From a virus (taxonomy: Duplodnaviria > Caudoviricetes), in the IMG/VR virus record IMGVR_UViG_3300007541_006356, positions 1 to 61,619 of that record: a DNA stretch of 61,619 nucleotides. The stretch is one strand, 5' to 3'. Position 1 is the stretch's first letter. Each line of letters opens with the position of its first letter. Below are positions 40,376 through 50,434 of the stretch, piece by piece. The notes under the pieces are model-generated. The model had not been told where the DNA came from. It saw nothing but the letters and a program-made list of their open reading frames with translations, and did no database searches. A program made the position numbers and the translations under genes.

Positions 40376-41952
40376 TTATTTTTAAATATTTTATTTTTTA
40401 TGACTAAAAAGTCTAATTCAGTATTTTCTAAAACGTAAAATGCATCTTCATATCTAGTTAAGATTGGTAACCCTTTTATATTAAATGAAGTATTCAAAAT
40501 TATAGGGATGTGGCCCAATTCATCAAGTTTATTCAAAATTTCGTTAAATAAATTGTGGGTTTTACTCGTGGTTGTTTGTAGTCTCGTTGTGTTATCTTCA
40601 TGTACAATTGATTTAACCCTATCCGTATATTCAGATTTAATCATCGGAGCATAACTCATGTAGTTAGATTCTTTAGGGTTTTCAAAATATTTTTCAATAT
40701 CTTGTAATCTACAAACAGGCGCAAATGGTCTAAACCATTCTCTAAATTTAACTTTAGCGTTTAATATATCTTTCATGTTAGGAAAAGATGGGTCACAAAT
40801 GATACTACGATTACCCAGAGCTCTTGGACCAACTTCTGAATGACCATTAACTAAACCTAATATTTTTCCTTGTTTTAAATACTGAACAATTTTATCAACC
40901 GTCAAATCTTCATTTGGGTATTCGGATAAAAATTTATCATACAATTCCGCATCAAGTATTTCAATTCCACTGTAACATATTTCTTGAGTTCCTAAATTTG
41001 GGAACATCGTTAAAAACATACCATAAGACAAACCACAATCATTAGGGTTTGACGGTACATATAATTCTAAATTTAATTTTTTTAAATACTCGTGAAGTTT
41101 TTGATTATATAAAACGTTTAAAGCACAACCACCAACTAAAACAACATTAGTTTTATATTCATTAACAAATGGAATAACTAACTCATTCATTTTACGTTCA
41201 AAAACGTATTGTGAAGTTGTGGATACGTCAAAAGAATCTTGGCCCGATAAAACATTTTTTTCACATTTAATACCTAAAGATGAACATAAACTTTCTAAAT
41301 TTTTGTTAACATAATAGCTTTCAAAATGCTCAATCCATTCATTTCTAACTTTCCCATAAGCACAAAGACCCATTACTTTCCCAGCGTTAGTTAAAGAGTG
41401 TTCGGTTTTATGTTCAGGACTAATTTCCGAAATTAACCAACCAATCGCAGAATATGGATTACCAAAATCATAATTTTGACAATTTAATTCATTAATTTTA
41501 TCACCTTCCCCTAAATAAGCTCTTGTAGTATAAACTAAGTTAAAGTCCCAACCACCACCATCAACGGAAAAAATTAAAGATTTTTTAAATTTTGAAGTAT
41601 AATATCCTGAAGCTGCATGAGAAAAGTGATGTTTCATTAATACAAATTCAGCGTTAGGAAAAAAACTTTTTATTAAGTTTTTATCATCATCATTAAGTTC
41701 TAAATATAAAATTAATTTTATGTTAGTGTTATTTAAATTGTTTTTTATATGTGTTAGGAATTGAATTCTTTCATTTTGATTTGAACCCATTAAATCCCAC
41801 CCGTCAAATCTTGAAGAAAACATTGCATATCTTTTTTTTACAAATCTTTCATATTCGTAAACTCTTATAGTATTATTTTTATCTATGAATGTTATTGATG
41901 CATCGTGTGATCCATAAATTGAAATGACTTCGTTTGGGTTATAATTTTGCAT
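40372..41952 (-). CDS. Carbamoyltransferase (NodU/CmcH/TobZ family)
   Basis: GSHDAS, ERFVKKR, HHFSHA, DGGG, GKVMGLCAYG, GGCALNV, PNDCGLSYG, EVGPRALGNRS, KFREWFRPFAP, LNTSFNIKG. Confidence 0.93.
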   Translation of the reverse strand: MQNYNPNEVISIYGSHDASITFIDKNNTIRVYEYERFVKKRYAMFSSRFDGWDLMGSNQNERIQFLTHIKNNLNNTNIKLILYLELNDDDKNLIKSFFPNAEFVLMKHHFSHAASGYYTSKFKKSLIFSVDGGGWDFNLVYTTRAYLGEGDKINELNCQNYDFGNPYSAIGWLISEISPEHKTEHSLTNAGKVMGLCAYGKVRNEWIEHFESYYVNKNLESLCSSLGIKCEKNVLSGQDSFDVSTTSQYVFERKMNELVIPFVNEYKTNVVLVGGCALNVLYNQKLHEYLKKLNLELYVPSNPNDCGLSYGMFLTMFPNLGTQEICYSGIEILDAELYDKFLSEYPNEDLTVDKIVQYLKQGKILGLVNGHSEVGPRALGNRSIICDPSFPNMKDILNAKVKFREWFRPFAPVCRLQDIEKYFENPKESNYMSYAPMIKSEYTDRVKSIVHEDNTTRLQTTTSKTHNLFNEILNKLDELGHIPIILNTSFNIKGLPILTRYEDAFYVLENTELDFLVIKNKIFKNK

Positions 41953-42011
41953 TTGTTATATTTTTTTTTGGTGTATAAAAATTAATAAAATAAAAAATGA
42001 AGATTAAGTTT

Positions 42012-42785
42012 TTATAATACAATCCATTTTTCACAATAAATGTCGTCAGTTACAAATCCGTTTTTTGACGGACCAAACCATTTTTTTGGTGCAATTACTA
42101 TTTTGTTTTTATTTTTATTTAAGCATGACCCCCACCAAGAAAAAGAAGAGTTTGCAATAATATTATTTCTACATAAAGACATTAAATACAAATCTTCATA
42201 ATCTTCATTACCCTCAACAAAAACTACATTTTTTAAATGTTTGAAATTTTCCTTGCACCATTCAATATCGTCAGAAAATATGAAAAAAGTTTTATCTTTA
42301 CCAATGTATGAAACAGCCTTATCGTAATAATTCATATCTTGTGTTGGGTGATGTTCTAATAATTTTAGATAATCACCTCGCCTAACATGTATAGCACAAG
42401 TTTCTGTTTTTAAATTATCCCCATATCGTTCCTTTAGACCACATATAGTCTTATCATCGATAAAGAATTCTAATATCTTATCTTTATTGTTTTTAAAATA
42501 TTTTTCGGATTGGAAATACCCGTGTAAAATCGTGTCCGACATAAAGTTGGGTATTGGTGAATAATGAAAATATGGTTCATAATAAATTTGATTTATGACC
42601 ATATCTTCATTAAGTGATACGTTTTTTAATATGTTTTTGGTGTAATTTGAAAGGGGATTATGGACAATTTGTATATTATTTGGGTTAACAACAAAATCAA
42701 CTCCCAAATCTAAAGATTTTGAGTACGCGGCCGCAATTTGAAATAAATAATTACCTAAACCACCTTGTAAATAACAACTAATCAT
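42012..42785 (-). CDS. Alpha-1,2-fucosyltransferase-like (GT11)
   Basis: GGLGNYLFQ, GYFQSEKYF, IHVRRGDY, FSDDIEWC, IIANSSFSWWG, VIAPKKWF. Confidence 0.92.
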   Translation of the reverse strand: MISCYLQGGLGNYLFQIAAAYSKSLDLGVDFVVNPNNIQIVHNPLSNYTKNILKNVSLNEDMVINQIYYEPYFHYSPIPNFMSDTILHGYFQSEKYFKNNKDKILEFFIDDKTICGLKERYGDNLKTETCAIHVRRGDYLKLLEHHPTQDMNYYDKAVSYIGKDKTFFIFSDDIEWCKENFKHLKNVVFVEGNEDYEDLYLMSLCRNNIIANSSFSWWGSCLNKNKNKIVIAPKKWFGPSKNGFVTDDIYCEKWIVL

Positions 42786-42790
42786 TCTAA

Positions 42791-43603
42791 TTATAGTGTT
42801 TTAGTGAATTGATAAACAAATTCATCGGGTAATAAATAATTTTTAGCTAAATTAAAATTACTTTTAATGTGACTTAATTTTGAATTATACATTTCTTCAT
42901 TACAACCATCCAATATTTTTTCCAAATCTTCTAAATTGTCAAAAATCAACATACCATCAGTGTTAAAAAAATCACCTATGGATGGACATCCCCAATAAAT
43001 TGGGATTGTACCAGTCATAAAACAGTCAATTAATTTTTCAGTAAACCAATAATCTCTTTTACAATTTTCAATAACAACAGAAAACCTATATTCTTTTAAA
43101 CCTTCTAATTTAAATTCAATAGGTGAATATCCTCTCCCAAAAACATCCATTTTGTTCCCAAATTTTTGAATAACTTTGTGTCTTAATTTATGACCATCAG
43201 TAAATGATTTACTTGATGATATTGTTGAGACATTTTTACTTTTTTCGTAAATTTTTTGGTTATCTTCAGGTATCCAACAACATCCAAACGGGACAAACTT
43301 TGTATTAAACCCCTTATCTAATAAAGTTTTTTCATGGGTCAATATATAGTCAAATTTCATTAAATTGTTTTTAATGTAATCATAGTGGTGAGGTGCAACA
43401 CACACTGGTTCAATTAACCATGCAATTTTATTTTTACTTGGTGGTAAATTTGATGTTAAAAAATTATCTGTGACAACTAAATTATCGTTATAACTAACAT
43501 TTAACCTATCCCATATAAAGGTCTCTGATTTTTGGAAATCAGAACAATATCCTAATACTGAATGTGAAAACGTATTGTCGATTATTTTTAATTTATCTTT
43601 CAT
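42791..43603 (-). CDS. Alpha-1,3-fucosyltransferase-like (GT10-like)
   Basis: YRFSVVIEN...YWFTEKLIDCF..GTIPIYWG matches the GT10 donor-binding motif. Confidence 0.8.
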   Translation of the reverse strand: MKDKLKIIDNTFSHSVLGYCSDFQKSETFIWDRLNVSYNDNLVVTDNFLTSNLPPSKNKIAWLIEPVCVAPHHYDYIKNNLMKFDYILTHEKTLLDKGFNTKFVPFGCCWIPEDNQKIYEKSKNVSTISSSKSFTDGHKLRHKVIQKFGNKMDVFGRGYSPIEFKLEGLKEYRFSVVIENCKRDYWFTEKLIDCFMTGTIPIYWGCPSIGDFFNTDGMLIFDNLEDLEKILDGCNEEMYNSKLSHIKSNFNLAKNYLLPDEFVYQFTKTL

Positions 43604-44319
43604 TTTATTAATTTCTCATATGGTTTATATGCCCGTATAATGTGATTCATTCTTTGAACTTCGTGTATATTTACTTTGTGTTCATTAAGAGGGTTACTTT
43701 CGTTATATATGTAATTTATATCATACATAAATTTATAATGTTCGGGACCACACATTTCAACCATAGGGAACATGAATGCCAAATCACAAGCAATTTTCCA
43801 ATTGTTACCCTCACTATCTTTTAAGTCTTCTGGTTTTATATTCCTCCATAAAAATACCTTCCAAGTTCTAAGGTGGGATAGTGTAAAAGGTTTCTGTCTA
43901 ATACCCTCAAATGTTGTGTGGGGTTGTGAAAAACCAGGTCTCCCATCGTGGTACCTAAAACTACCATTTGCTAACCAAACATCACCACTATTGTACGTGT
44001 CAACAACTCTTTGGAAAACGTTTGAGTCGGGCAACCAATCATCACCATCAACTTCGACACAGATATCTTCATCATCAATGTCAAATTCACCCCTAATTAC
44101 TTGGTCATAATTTCCTGATTGGTACATTTTAGATTTGTTTTCAATTAAAATAAACCTATCGTCATCTTTAATAATTTTTTTTATTTTACTAATTGTGTTG
44201 TCAGTGGACATGTCATCGGTTATGTAACATTTGAAATTTTTATAGGTTTGAGTCATAATACTGTTTAAACATTTTTCAATATAAGACTCACAATTGTAAG
44301 TTGTTGTTAATACTACCAT
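43600..44319 (-). CDS. Glycosyltransferase family 2
   Basis: TTTYNCESYIEKCLNSIMTQ, DDMSTD, VDGDDWL. Confidence 0.88.
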   Translation of the reverse strand: MVVLTTTYNCESYIEKCLNSIMTQTYKNFKCYITDDMSTDNTISKIKKIIKDDDRFILIENKSKMYQSGNYDQVIRGEFDIDDEDICVEVDGDDWLPDSNVFQRVVDTYNSGDVWLANGSFRYHDGRPGFSQPHTTFEGIRQKPFTLSHLRTWKVFLWRNIKPEDLKDSEGNNWKIACDLAFMFPMVEMCGPEHYKFMYDINYIYNESNPLNEHKVNIHEVQRMNHIIRAYKPYEKLIK

Positions 44320-44322
44320 TTT

Positions 44323-45975
44323 TTAAATTGTTTTAAAAATTACCTCAATTATCTCACACATAATGTTATTAGATTTAAATTTTCCAATATCATTCGGTGG
44401 TTCATTATAACTCACATCAATTATTTCACCACTATTATCCACGTTATATATCCAACCTGGTTTACCACATAACCACCCTTCTATTGTTGTTCTACCCAAC
44501 AATATCCCAGCGGTTTCATGACATTCTTTAATGTATTCTTCAACTTTCCATGTTGGTGGGAAATATCTAACATGTGAATTATTTAACTGGGGTATATCGA
44601 TTCTTTTCTTGCCGACAACCCATAATTCTTTATTGTCATTTTTAGTTTTTTCCACCAAATCAATAATACTTTTTTCACGTAAATAGTCAATTGTTCCAAC
44701 AAATAACACTCTTTTTTTATCACTTTTAGGTTGTGGATAATTTTTAAATCTATCGGTATCAAAAGGGTTATAAATTACAGATGTTTTTTCTTTAGGAATA
44801 TTGAATCTATCTACAATATATTCTTGAATTTCAGGTCTAATACAAATGTAATGTGATATCCTATCAGAAATTACAGGTTCCTCCAACTCTATAACTTCAG
44901 AGTGAATCGTACATATCGACGGTATATTAGGGTATAGATTTAGAAAATACTCAGTTACTGGTTTGTGATTTAAGTGTAAAATATCAAATTTAACATCTGA
45001 AACACGATATAATTGTCCTTGAGGTATTCTAACTGGACCATTAGGTGAATTTACCATTATATTACCATCACTTCGTTTAAAACCTGGTGGTTCGTCAAAA
45101 CTAAATGTTTCAATACCCAATGATTTAACTTTTTTAACCATCTCACCACCAATATTTGAACATATTGTGACGTTGTGACCTAATTTCTTATATCCTCTAG
45201 CTAATTCATAAACGTACAATTCAGAACCAGTATAATCATTGAAATTCAAACAACCAATAAGTATGTTTAGACTATCAGAATCATCAATCACCCTATTAAT
45301 TTTAATAGGTAAATGTTCTTTATATTTTTCAGCAAAAATTTTTCTATTTTCCTCCCATTGTTCGTTTGTTTGACCTATAGATAAGTGAGTTAGTTTGATG
45401 TCAGTACACACGGATACTTTCACATCTTTTAAGTAATTTCTTAAACAAAAATCAACCTCATAAAAATGAAATCCTTTTACATTTTCATCAAAATATTCTT
45501 TTATGTTGTTTTTATTTATCGTGAAAAATAAACCATCAACAAGAATAACATTATCTAATTTAGATCCTTTGTCTTTGGAATATCTACTTAACCAACGTTT
45601 ACCTTCGTGTTCGTGGTAAACCGCTCCATGCATTTTACCAAAATCTTCCCACCACTTTCCACTATCCGACAAATAACGTGTCCCAGCTACACCCAAAATA
45701 CCTAAATCACTGTTTCGTTTAAAATGGCCGAGTAATTTTTTACCCCAATTTTTTGTATCAAATTTTAAGTCATCGTGACAAAATAAAACAATATCGTTAG
45801 ACGAAGATTCTAAACCTTCATTATATATCTCAGTTAAAGATTTACCGTTTGGGTTTTCAAAGGGAATAATTTCAATGTGGTGTAAACCAGAAGTCTCCCT
45901 AATAATTTCAATATAGTTAGGATCTAACTTTCTAGTTGAGAAAATTACTGTTAGATTATTTTCCATATTTTTCAA
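44323..45975 (-). CDS. Bifunctional glycosyltransferase (GT-A plus GT-B fusion)
   Basis: N-terminal SLTEIYNEG..LFCHDD..DGLF..FHFYEVD; C-terminal TGSELYVYELA, LFVGTID, GRTTIEGWLCGKP. Confidence 0.8.
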   Translation of the reverse strand: MKNMENNLTVIFSTRKLDPNYIEIIRETSGLHHIEIIPFENPNGKSLTEIYNEGLESSSNDIVLFCHDDLKFDTKNWGKKLLGHFKRNSDLGILGVAGTRYLSDSGKWWEDFGKMHGAVYHEHEGKRWLSRYSKDKGSKLDNVILVDGLFFTINKNNIKEYFDENVKGFHFYEVDFCLRNYLKDVKVSVCTDIKLTHLSIGQTNEQWEENRKIFAEKYKEHLPIKINRVIDDSDSLNILIGCLNFNDYTGSELYVYELARGYKKLGHNVTICSNIGGEMVKKVKSLGIETFSFDEPPGFKRSDGNIMVNSPNGPVRIPQGQLYRVSDVKFDILHLNHKPVTEYFLNLYPNIPSICTIHSEVIELEEPVISDRISHYICIRPEIQEYIVDRFNIPKEKTSVIYNPFDTDRFKNYPQPKSDKKRVLFVGTIDYLREKSIIDLVEKTKNDNKELWVVGKKRIDIPQLNNSHVRYFPPTWKVEEYIKECHETAGILLGRTTIEGWLCGKPGWIYNVDNSGEIIDVSYNEPPNDIGKFKSNNIMCEIIEVIFKTI

Positions 45976-46930
45976 TGTAATGTTGTATTGTTGTTTTTAA
46001 ATTTTCTTTAAAGTTTTTACTTGGTGACCACATTAGTTCTTTTGTTAATTTATCATGATTTACTGAATACCTAAAATCATGACCTGGTCTATCAGTCACG
46101 AAGTCTTTAAGATTACATGAGTTTTCGTTCCCAGTTATCTCATCAAAAATTTCACAAATCAAATCAATGATTTCCAAGTTTTCCAATTCATTATCACCAC
46201 CTATATTGTATTTTTGTCGTGGTTTACCATATCTAAAAACCTTATCTATAGCGTCACAATGGTCTAAAACGTACAACCAATCTCTAATGTTGGTACCTTC
46301 ACCGTAAACTGGTATGGGTTTACGTTTAACTAAATTACGTACCACAGTTGGGATTAATTTTTCGTCGTGTTGATTTGGTCCAAAATTGTTTGAACAATTT
46401 GTTATCACATAGTTTAACCCGTAAGTGTTACCATAAGATTCAACAAAATGATCTGAAGACGCTTTTGACGCGGAGTATGGTGATCTTGGTTTATATAACG
46501 ATTCCTCAGTTGAGGAACTCTCATAAGGTGTTAATGATCCGTAAACCTCATCTGTAGATACGTGATGGAATCTTTTTACATTATGTTTTATAACTAAATT
46601 TAATAAATTAACCGTACCCATCACATTGGTTTCTAAAAACAGGTTGGGATTATCGATGGAATTGTCAACGTGTGACTCAGCGGCTAAATGAATGATACCA
46701 TCTAAATTATCTAAATTTAGTAACCCATCTAATCTATCAAGGTATCTTATGTCTTGTATAACATTAGTTAGATTTGGGTGATGTAAATAACCACCCAAAT
46801 TACAAATTTTACCAGCGTAAGTTAATGAGTCCATATTAATTATCTTCAATGTGGGATATTTGTCCAACATATATTTAATTAAGTTAGAACCGATGAACCC
46901 AAAACCACCAGTTACTAAAATTCTTTCCAT
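45956..46930 (-). CDS. rfbB: dTDP-glucose 4,6-dehydratase
   Basis: LVTGGFGFIGSN, LTYAG, HLAAESHVD, HVSTDEVYG, SPYSASKA, NCSNNFGP, RDWLYVLDH, DRPGHDFRY. Confidence 0.96.
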   Translation of the reverse strand: MERILVTGGFGFIGSNLIKYMLDKYPTLKIINMDSLTYAGKICNLGGYLHHPNLTNVIQDIRYLDRLDGLLNLDNLDGIIHLAAESHVDNSIDNPNLFLETNVMGTVNLLNLVIKHNVKRFHHVSTDEVYGSLTPYESSSTEESLYKPRSPYSASKASSDHFVESYGNTYGLNYVITNCSNNFGPNQHDEKLIPTVVRNLVKRKPIPVYGEGTNIRDWLYVLDHCDAIDKVFRYGKPRQKYNIGGDNELENLEIIDLICEIFDEITGNENSCNLKDFVTDRPGHDFRYSVNHDKLTKELMWSPSKNFKENLKTTIQHYIEKYGK

Positions 46931-46933
46931 GAT

Positions 46934-47545
46934 TTAATTTTTACCAGTCGAACCAAAACCACCCTCACCACGTGAGGTATCATTTAATTTATCAGTTTTT
47001 TTGAAATTAATCCATTTAGGTTTTAACACATAAGACACGACACCTTGTGCTACTCTATCACCCCGTTTAATTGTGTAAACCTCATTTGAGAGATTAACTA
47101 AAATAACTTTTACTTCACCCCTGTAGTTAGAATCAACAGTACCAGGTGTGTTTAATACCGTAATACCGTGTTTTGCCGCTAAACCACTTCGGGGTCTAAC
47201 TTGTAATTCGTATTCTGGGTGGATTTGGAAATATAAACCTGTGGGGACTAAAACCCTCTCCAATGGTTTAAGTTGAATGTCGTCACTTATATTAGCTCTT
47301 AAATCAAATCCAGAATCTTCTTCGTGGTTATAAATAGGATCATCTAAATCGGATAAGTTTATGAATTTTATTTCAATTTTTTGAACCATTGAATTAAAGT
47401 TTTCTTCCGATGTTTTTTCAAGTTTATCTAAGTCTAAACCCATAGACTTTACAACCCCACTTACATTATTGTCTAACTTATTAGACATCATTTTTTGGAT
47501 TTCTTTAATAGTGTTTTCCATACCACCTATAAAATTATTCTCCAT
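46934..47545 (-). CDS. dut: Trimeric dUTPase with N-terminal extension
   Basis: SGFDL, QVRPRSGLA, NTPGTVDSNYRGE, GDRVAQ, RGEGGFGSTG. Confidence 0.95.
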   Translation of the reverse strand: MENNFIGGMENTIKEIQKMMSNKLDNNVSGVVKSMGLDLDKLEKTSEENFNSMVQKIEIKFINLSDLDDPIYNHEEDSGFDLRANISDDIQLKPLERVLVPTGLYFQIHPEYELQVRPRSGLAAKHGITVLNTPGTVDSNYRGEVKVILVNLSNEVYTIKRGDRVAQGVVSYVLKPKWINFKKTDKLNDTSRGEGGFGSTGKN

Positions 47546-48242
47546 ATATCTCTTTTATTTTTTTAACCAAATTAATTGTGGATTCGACATCACCTACACA
47601 GTATTCTTCTATTTTTTTAATGTCACCATCATTGTAGAAATATTTATGTAGATTTTCACCCTTAACTTCACCCATTTTTGGATTTTTTAACCCCATTGAA
47701 GCTGTCACCAATTGTAACGAAGATAACCCCTTAAATGAGTTAAAATTCCACAGTTCTTTAGTGTCAATCACATTAGCGTCCCATGGTTTGGTGTTGAAGT
47801 CCGGAATTATCTTAGGTACCGATATGCCATTAATTAACATTCTTTTAGCGATATATGGTAAATCAAATGTTTTTATGTTATGACCACACAATGTAAAACC
47901 TAATTTATCTACTCTGTCGAGTAGGGTTTTTGTTTTTTCTAAGATTTCTATTTCATCACCAATGTAAGATTCAAATTTGTTTTCACCTTTAGGTGTGACA
48001 AAACCAACCGACACACACACAATTCTACCAAATTCAGGTAATAACCCACTTCGTTTTTCAAATACCTCACTTGGTGTTAGTGTAGAATCCTCGGGGTAAT
48101 GTCTACTAAAATAGTCATACCCACTTAACTCCCAAACATCATATAGTTCTGGGTAATCTCGTTTGAAACACTGTGTGTTTTTACAAATACCCACAGTTTC
48201 AATATCTAAAAATAGAATTTTATTGATTTCGTTCTTAATCAT
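47535..48242 (-). CDS. PolB-like 3'-5' exonuclease (DnaQ/RNase H-like fold)
   Basis: LFLDIET, PEFGRIVCVS, GHNIKTFDLP, DTKELW, YCVGDV. ATG at 48242 preferred. Confidence 0.85.
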   Translation of the reverse strand: MIKNEINKILFLDIETVGICKNTQCFKRDYPELYDVWELSGYDYFSRHYPEDSTLTPSEVFEKRSGLLPEFGRIVCVSVGFVTPKGENKFESYIGDEIEILEKTKTLLDRVDKLGFTLCGHNIKTFDLPYIAKRMLINGISVPKIIPDFNTKPWDANVIDTKELWNFNSFKGLSSLQLVTASMGLKNPKMGEVKGENLHKYFYNDGDIKKIEEYCVGDVESTINLVKKIKEIYGE

Positions 48243-48299
48243 GTCTTTTTCTTTAATTGTAAAAAAAAATAGGTTATCTGTCAAACCGATTTATTTTAA

Positions 48300-48527
48300 T
48301 CAATAATATTGTGGTGTAATTCCTGGATGTATGACCTCTTCAATTGGTGCTTTAATAACTGAAACAACTTCAGAATCTCTAGCGTCATCGGATAGGTATT
48401 TACTCATTCTTTGGTGAGCTTCAAATACAGATTCAGATTCTATAATGTATTTGAATTTTTTTACTTTAGGGTTACCTTGATTGTCGACTGAACCCATGTC
48501 GAAAGCTACTGTTACTTGATAATACAT
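48300..48527 (-). CDS. DUF4494-like small protein
   Basis: MYYQVTV....G..KVKKFKYIIESESVFEA..R pattern resembles Bacteroidota DUF4494. Confidence 0.6.
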   Translation of the reverse strand: MYYQVTVAFDMGSVDNQGNPKVKKFKYIIESESVFEAHQRMSKYLSDDARDSEVVSVIKAPIEEVIHPGITPQYY

Positions 48528-48539
48528 AATTTTTAATTT

Positions 48540-49775
48540 TTAAGATTTTCTAATTAATTCTCGATATATTTCCGCTCTATTTTTGGTTACAACATCAATG
48601 TGGTAAAGTGGTGATACGGTTTCGTAAAGTTTTTCACCCAAATCTTCAATCAACGAAGGATTTTCAATTAATCGTTTTATCGATCTGTACCAATCTTTAT
48701 GATTCTTAGAAGTGTCAACCAATATTGAATTACCTTTAGAGTTAATTGAACCACCAGACTCAAAAGCGTTCACACAGTCTATTTTGTAAGGACCAAAATT
48801 TTGTGCTATTAACGCTTTTTTATGGAATCCAGCTTCAATTACTTTGAGTTGTGATTTTACTTTATTGAATATGTGTTCCTTTAATGGAGCTAAAGAAATG
48901 TCAAAATAGTTATAATTTGAAGCGTAAGTCGTAATTGGTTTTGTCCAAACCCTTCTATATGGTAAATTTTCTTCACCGTCATACTCACCCTTTTCAAATC
49001 TCTCTAAAAACTTTTTATAATCTCCACCAACAATGTTATAGTTGTCCGTGAATATTTTTTCATACATGTACCAAACCGATTCATGTGGTTTAATTGGTCT
49101 TTGTTTCTGTTCGTTAGTTTGTGGATTTATTTCGGTGACCGAACCCCTTAAATCGTACCCACATAAAACAAATTGAAATTTATCTTTATGTGTAGTGTTT
49201 AACACATTAGAAACACCATTTAATATCTCCAAATCTTTTAAATGGGATGAACCACCCAACCAACCAATTCTAACCAATTCAGATTTTGGTTTGTTAATTT
49301 GGAATTGTTTTTCTCTTGGATTTATAGCGTTAGGTAATACAAATACGTTCTTGTTCAATTTAGAAATTTCGTCAGCGAAAACTGTCGTAGTTGTTGTCAC
49401 ATTTTGAGCTTCCTTAACACTATTTTTAATCAACTCATCCAATTTATTTTGTTTCACAATCGCATGAGCTGGATGGTCGACAGTAGGTAGCCAATAATCA
49501 TCAAGATCCATAATGGATGGTATACCTAATTTTTTTAGACGTTCTATAGCCCGTGAAGATCTAGCGAAGTCTGGACCCAAACTTCTGTGGTAATGAATTA
49601 AATCATATTGTTTAAGGAACTCATCGTCTTCTAATTTTGGGTTATAATCGATGTCAACCCAAAATTCGTCTGGGTACATTTTTTGTAGATTTAGGTGAGG
49701 ATCTACTGACCTAAATTTACTAACCCCAGTCCTATCACTAGGTACAACAAGTATTTTATATTTATTATTTTTCAT
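48540..49775 (-). CDS. Glycosyltransferase, GT-B/GT4-like
   Basis: GVSKFR, MDLDDYW, VLPNAI, IGWLGGSSH, FDISLAPL....FNKVKSQLKVIEAG. Confidence 0.82.
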   Translation of the reverse strand: MKNNKYKILVVPSDRTGVSKFRSVDPHLNLQKMYPDEFWVDIDYNPKLEDDEFLKQYDLIHYHRSLGPDFARSSRAIERLKKLGIPSIMDLDDYWLPTVDHPAHAIVKQNKLDELIKNSVKEAQNVTTTTTVFADEISKLNKNVFVLPNAINPREKQFQINKPKSELVRIGWLGGSSHLKDLEILNGVSNVLNTTHKDKFQFVLCGYDLRGSVTEINPQTNEQKQRPIKPHESVWYMYEKIFTDNYNIVGGDYKKFLERFEKGEYDGEENLPYRRVWTKPITTYASNYNYFDISLAPLKEHIFNKVKSQLKVIEAGFHKKALIAQNFGPYKIDCVNAFESGGSINSKGNSILVDTSKNHKDWYRSIKRLIENPSLIEDLGEKLYETVSPLYHIDVVTKNRAEIYRELIRKS

Positions 49776-49817
49776 GACTAAAGAATAAGTCATAGAAAAA
49801 TAAAAGTCAAAGGATTT

Positions 49818-50432
49818 CTATTTTAATTCTCGTGTACCGACAATTTTACCCTCCAAAACCGTGTTACCAATAACTATTTTAATAGTCTCGTTAGTTTGTT
49901 TGGTTTCACTAATAAGTTTGTTTAATTTAGATTCCAATAACTCATCCAATGATTCATTTAGGGCTTCTTTAAACATTTTTTTAAGTGATGTTTCGGTTAG
50001 TTTTTGTGTTTTTTTTGGTTGTTCTGTTTGACTTGTTTGAGTTTTTGTGACCTGTTTGTTACCCCCACTAGTTAAACCCATTTTTCTCATTTTTTCAGAT
50101 ACTTGATCTACAAAATTTTCAGACAAAACAGAATTGTTAAACGCTATTTCAGGTATTGGATTTTCAATCATTATTTTTTTGATTTCGTCAGGAAGTTTAG
50201 AATTCAAAATACCTTCCTCAGTAAGTTTGGGTTTACTGATGTTGTTTGATGACGCTGTTTTTTCAACACTATCTAAATTATAATTGTTGGAAATGGGTGG
50301 TAACTCATTTGTGGTGGACTCATATAATTTTGATTTATCTACATTGCCTTTAGTGTAATTACCACCTTCAACAACATTCATAAGTTGTTTTGATTTTATC
50401 AATTTTTCGAAAAGTTCAGATTCACTGCCCAT
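49818..50432 (-). CDS. Hypothetical protein
   Basis: 204-aa ORF at the end of a minus-strand late-motif operon. Confidence 0.7.
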   Translation of the reverse strand: MGSESELFEKLIKSKQLMNVVEGGNYTKGNVDKSKLYESTTNELPPISNNYNLDSVEKTASSNNISKPKLTEEGILNSKLPDEIKKIMIENPIPEIAFNNSVLSENFVDQVSEKMRKMGLTSGGNKQVTKTQTSQTEQPKKTQKLTETSLKKMFKEALNESLDELLESKLNKLISETKQTNETIKIVIGNTVLEGKIVGTRELK

Positions 50433-50434
50433 AA

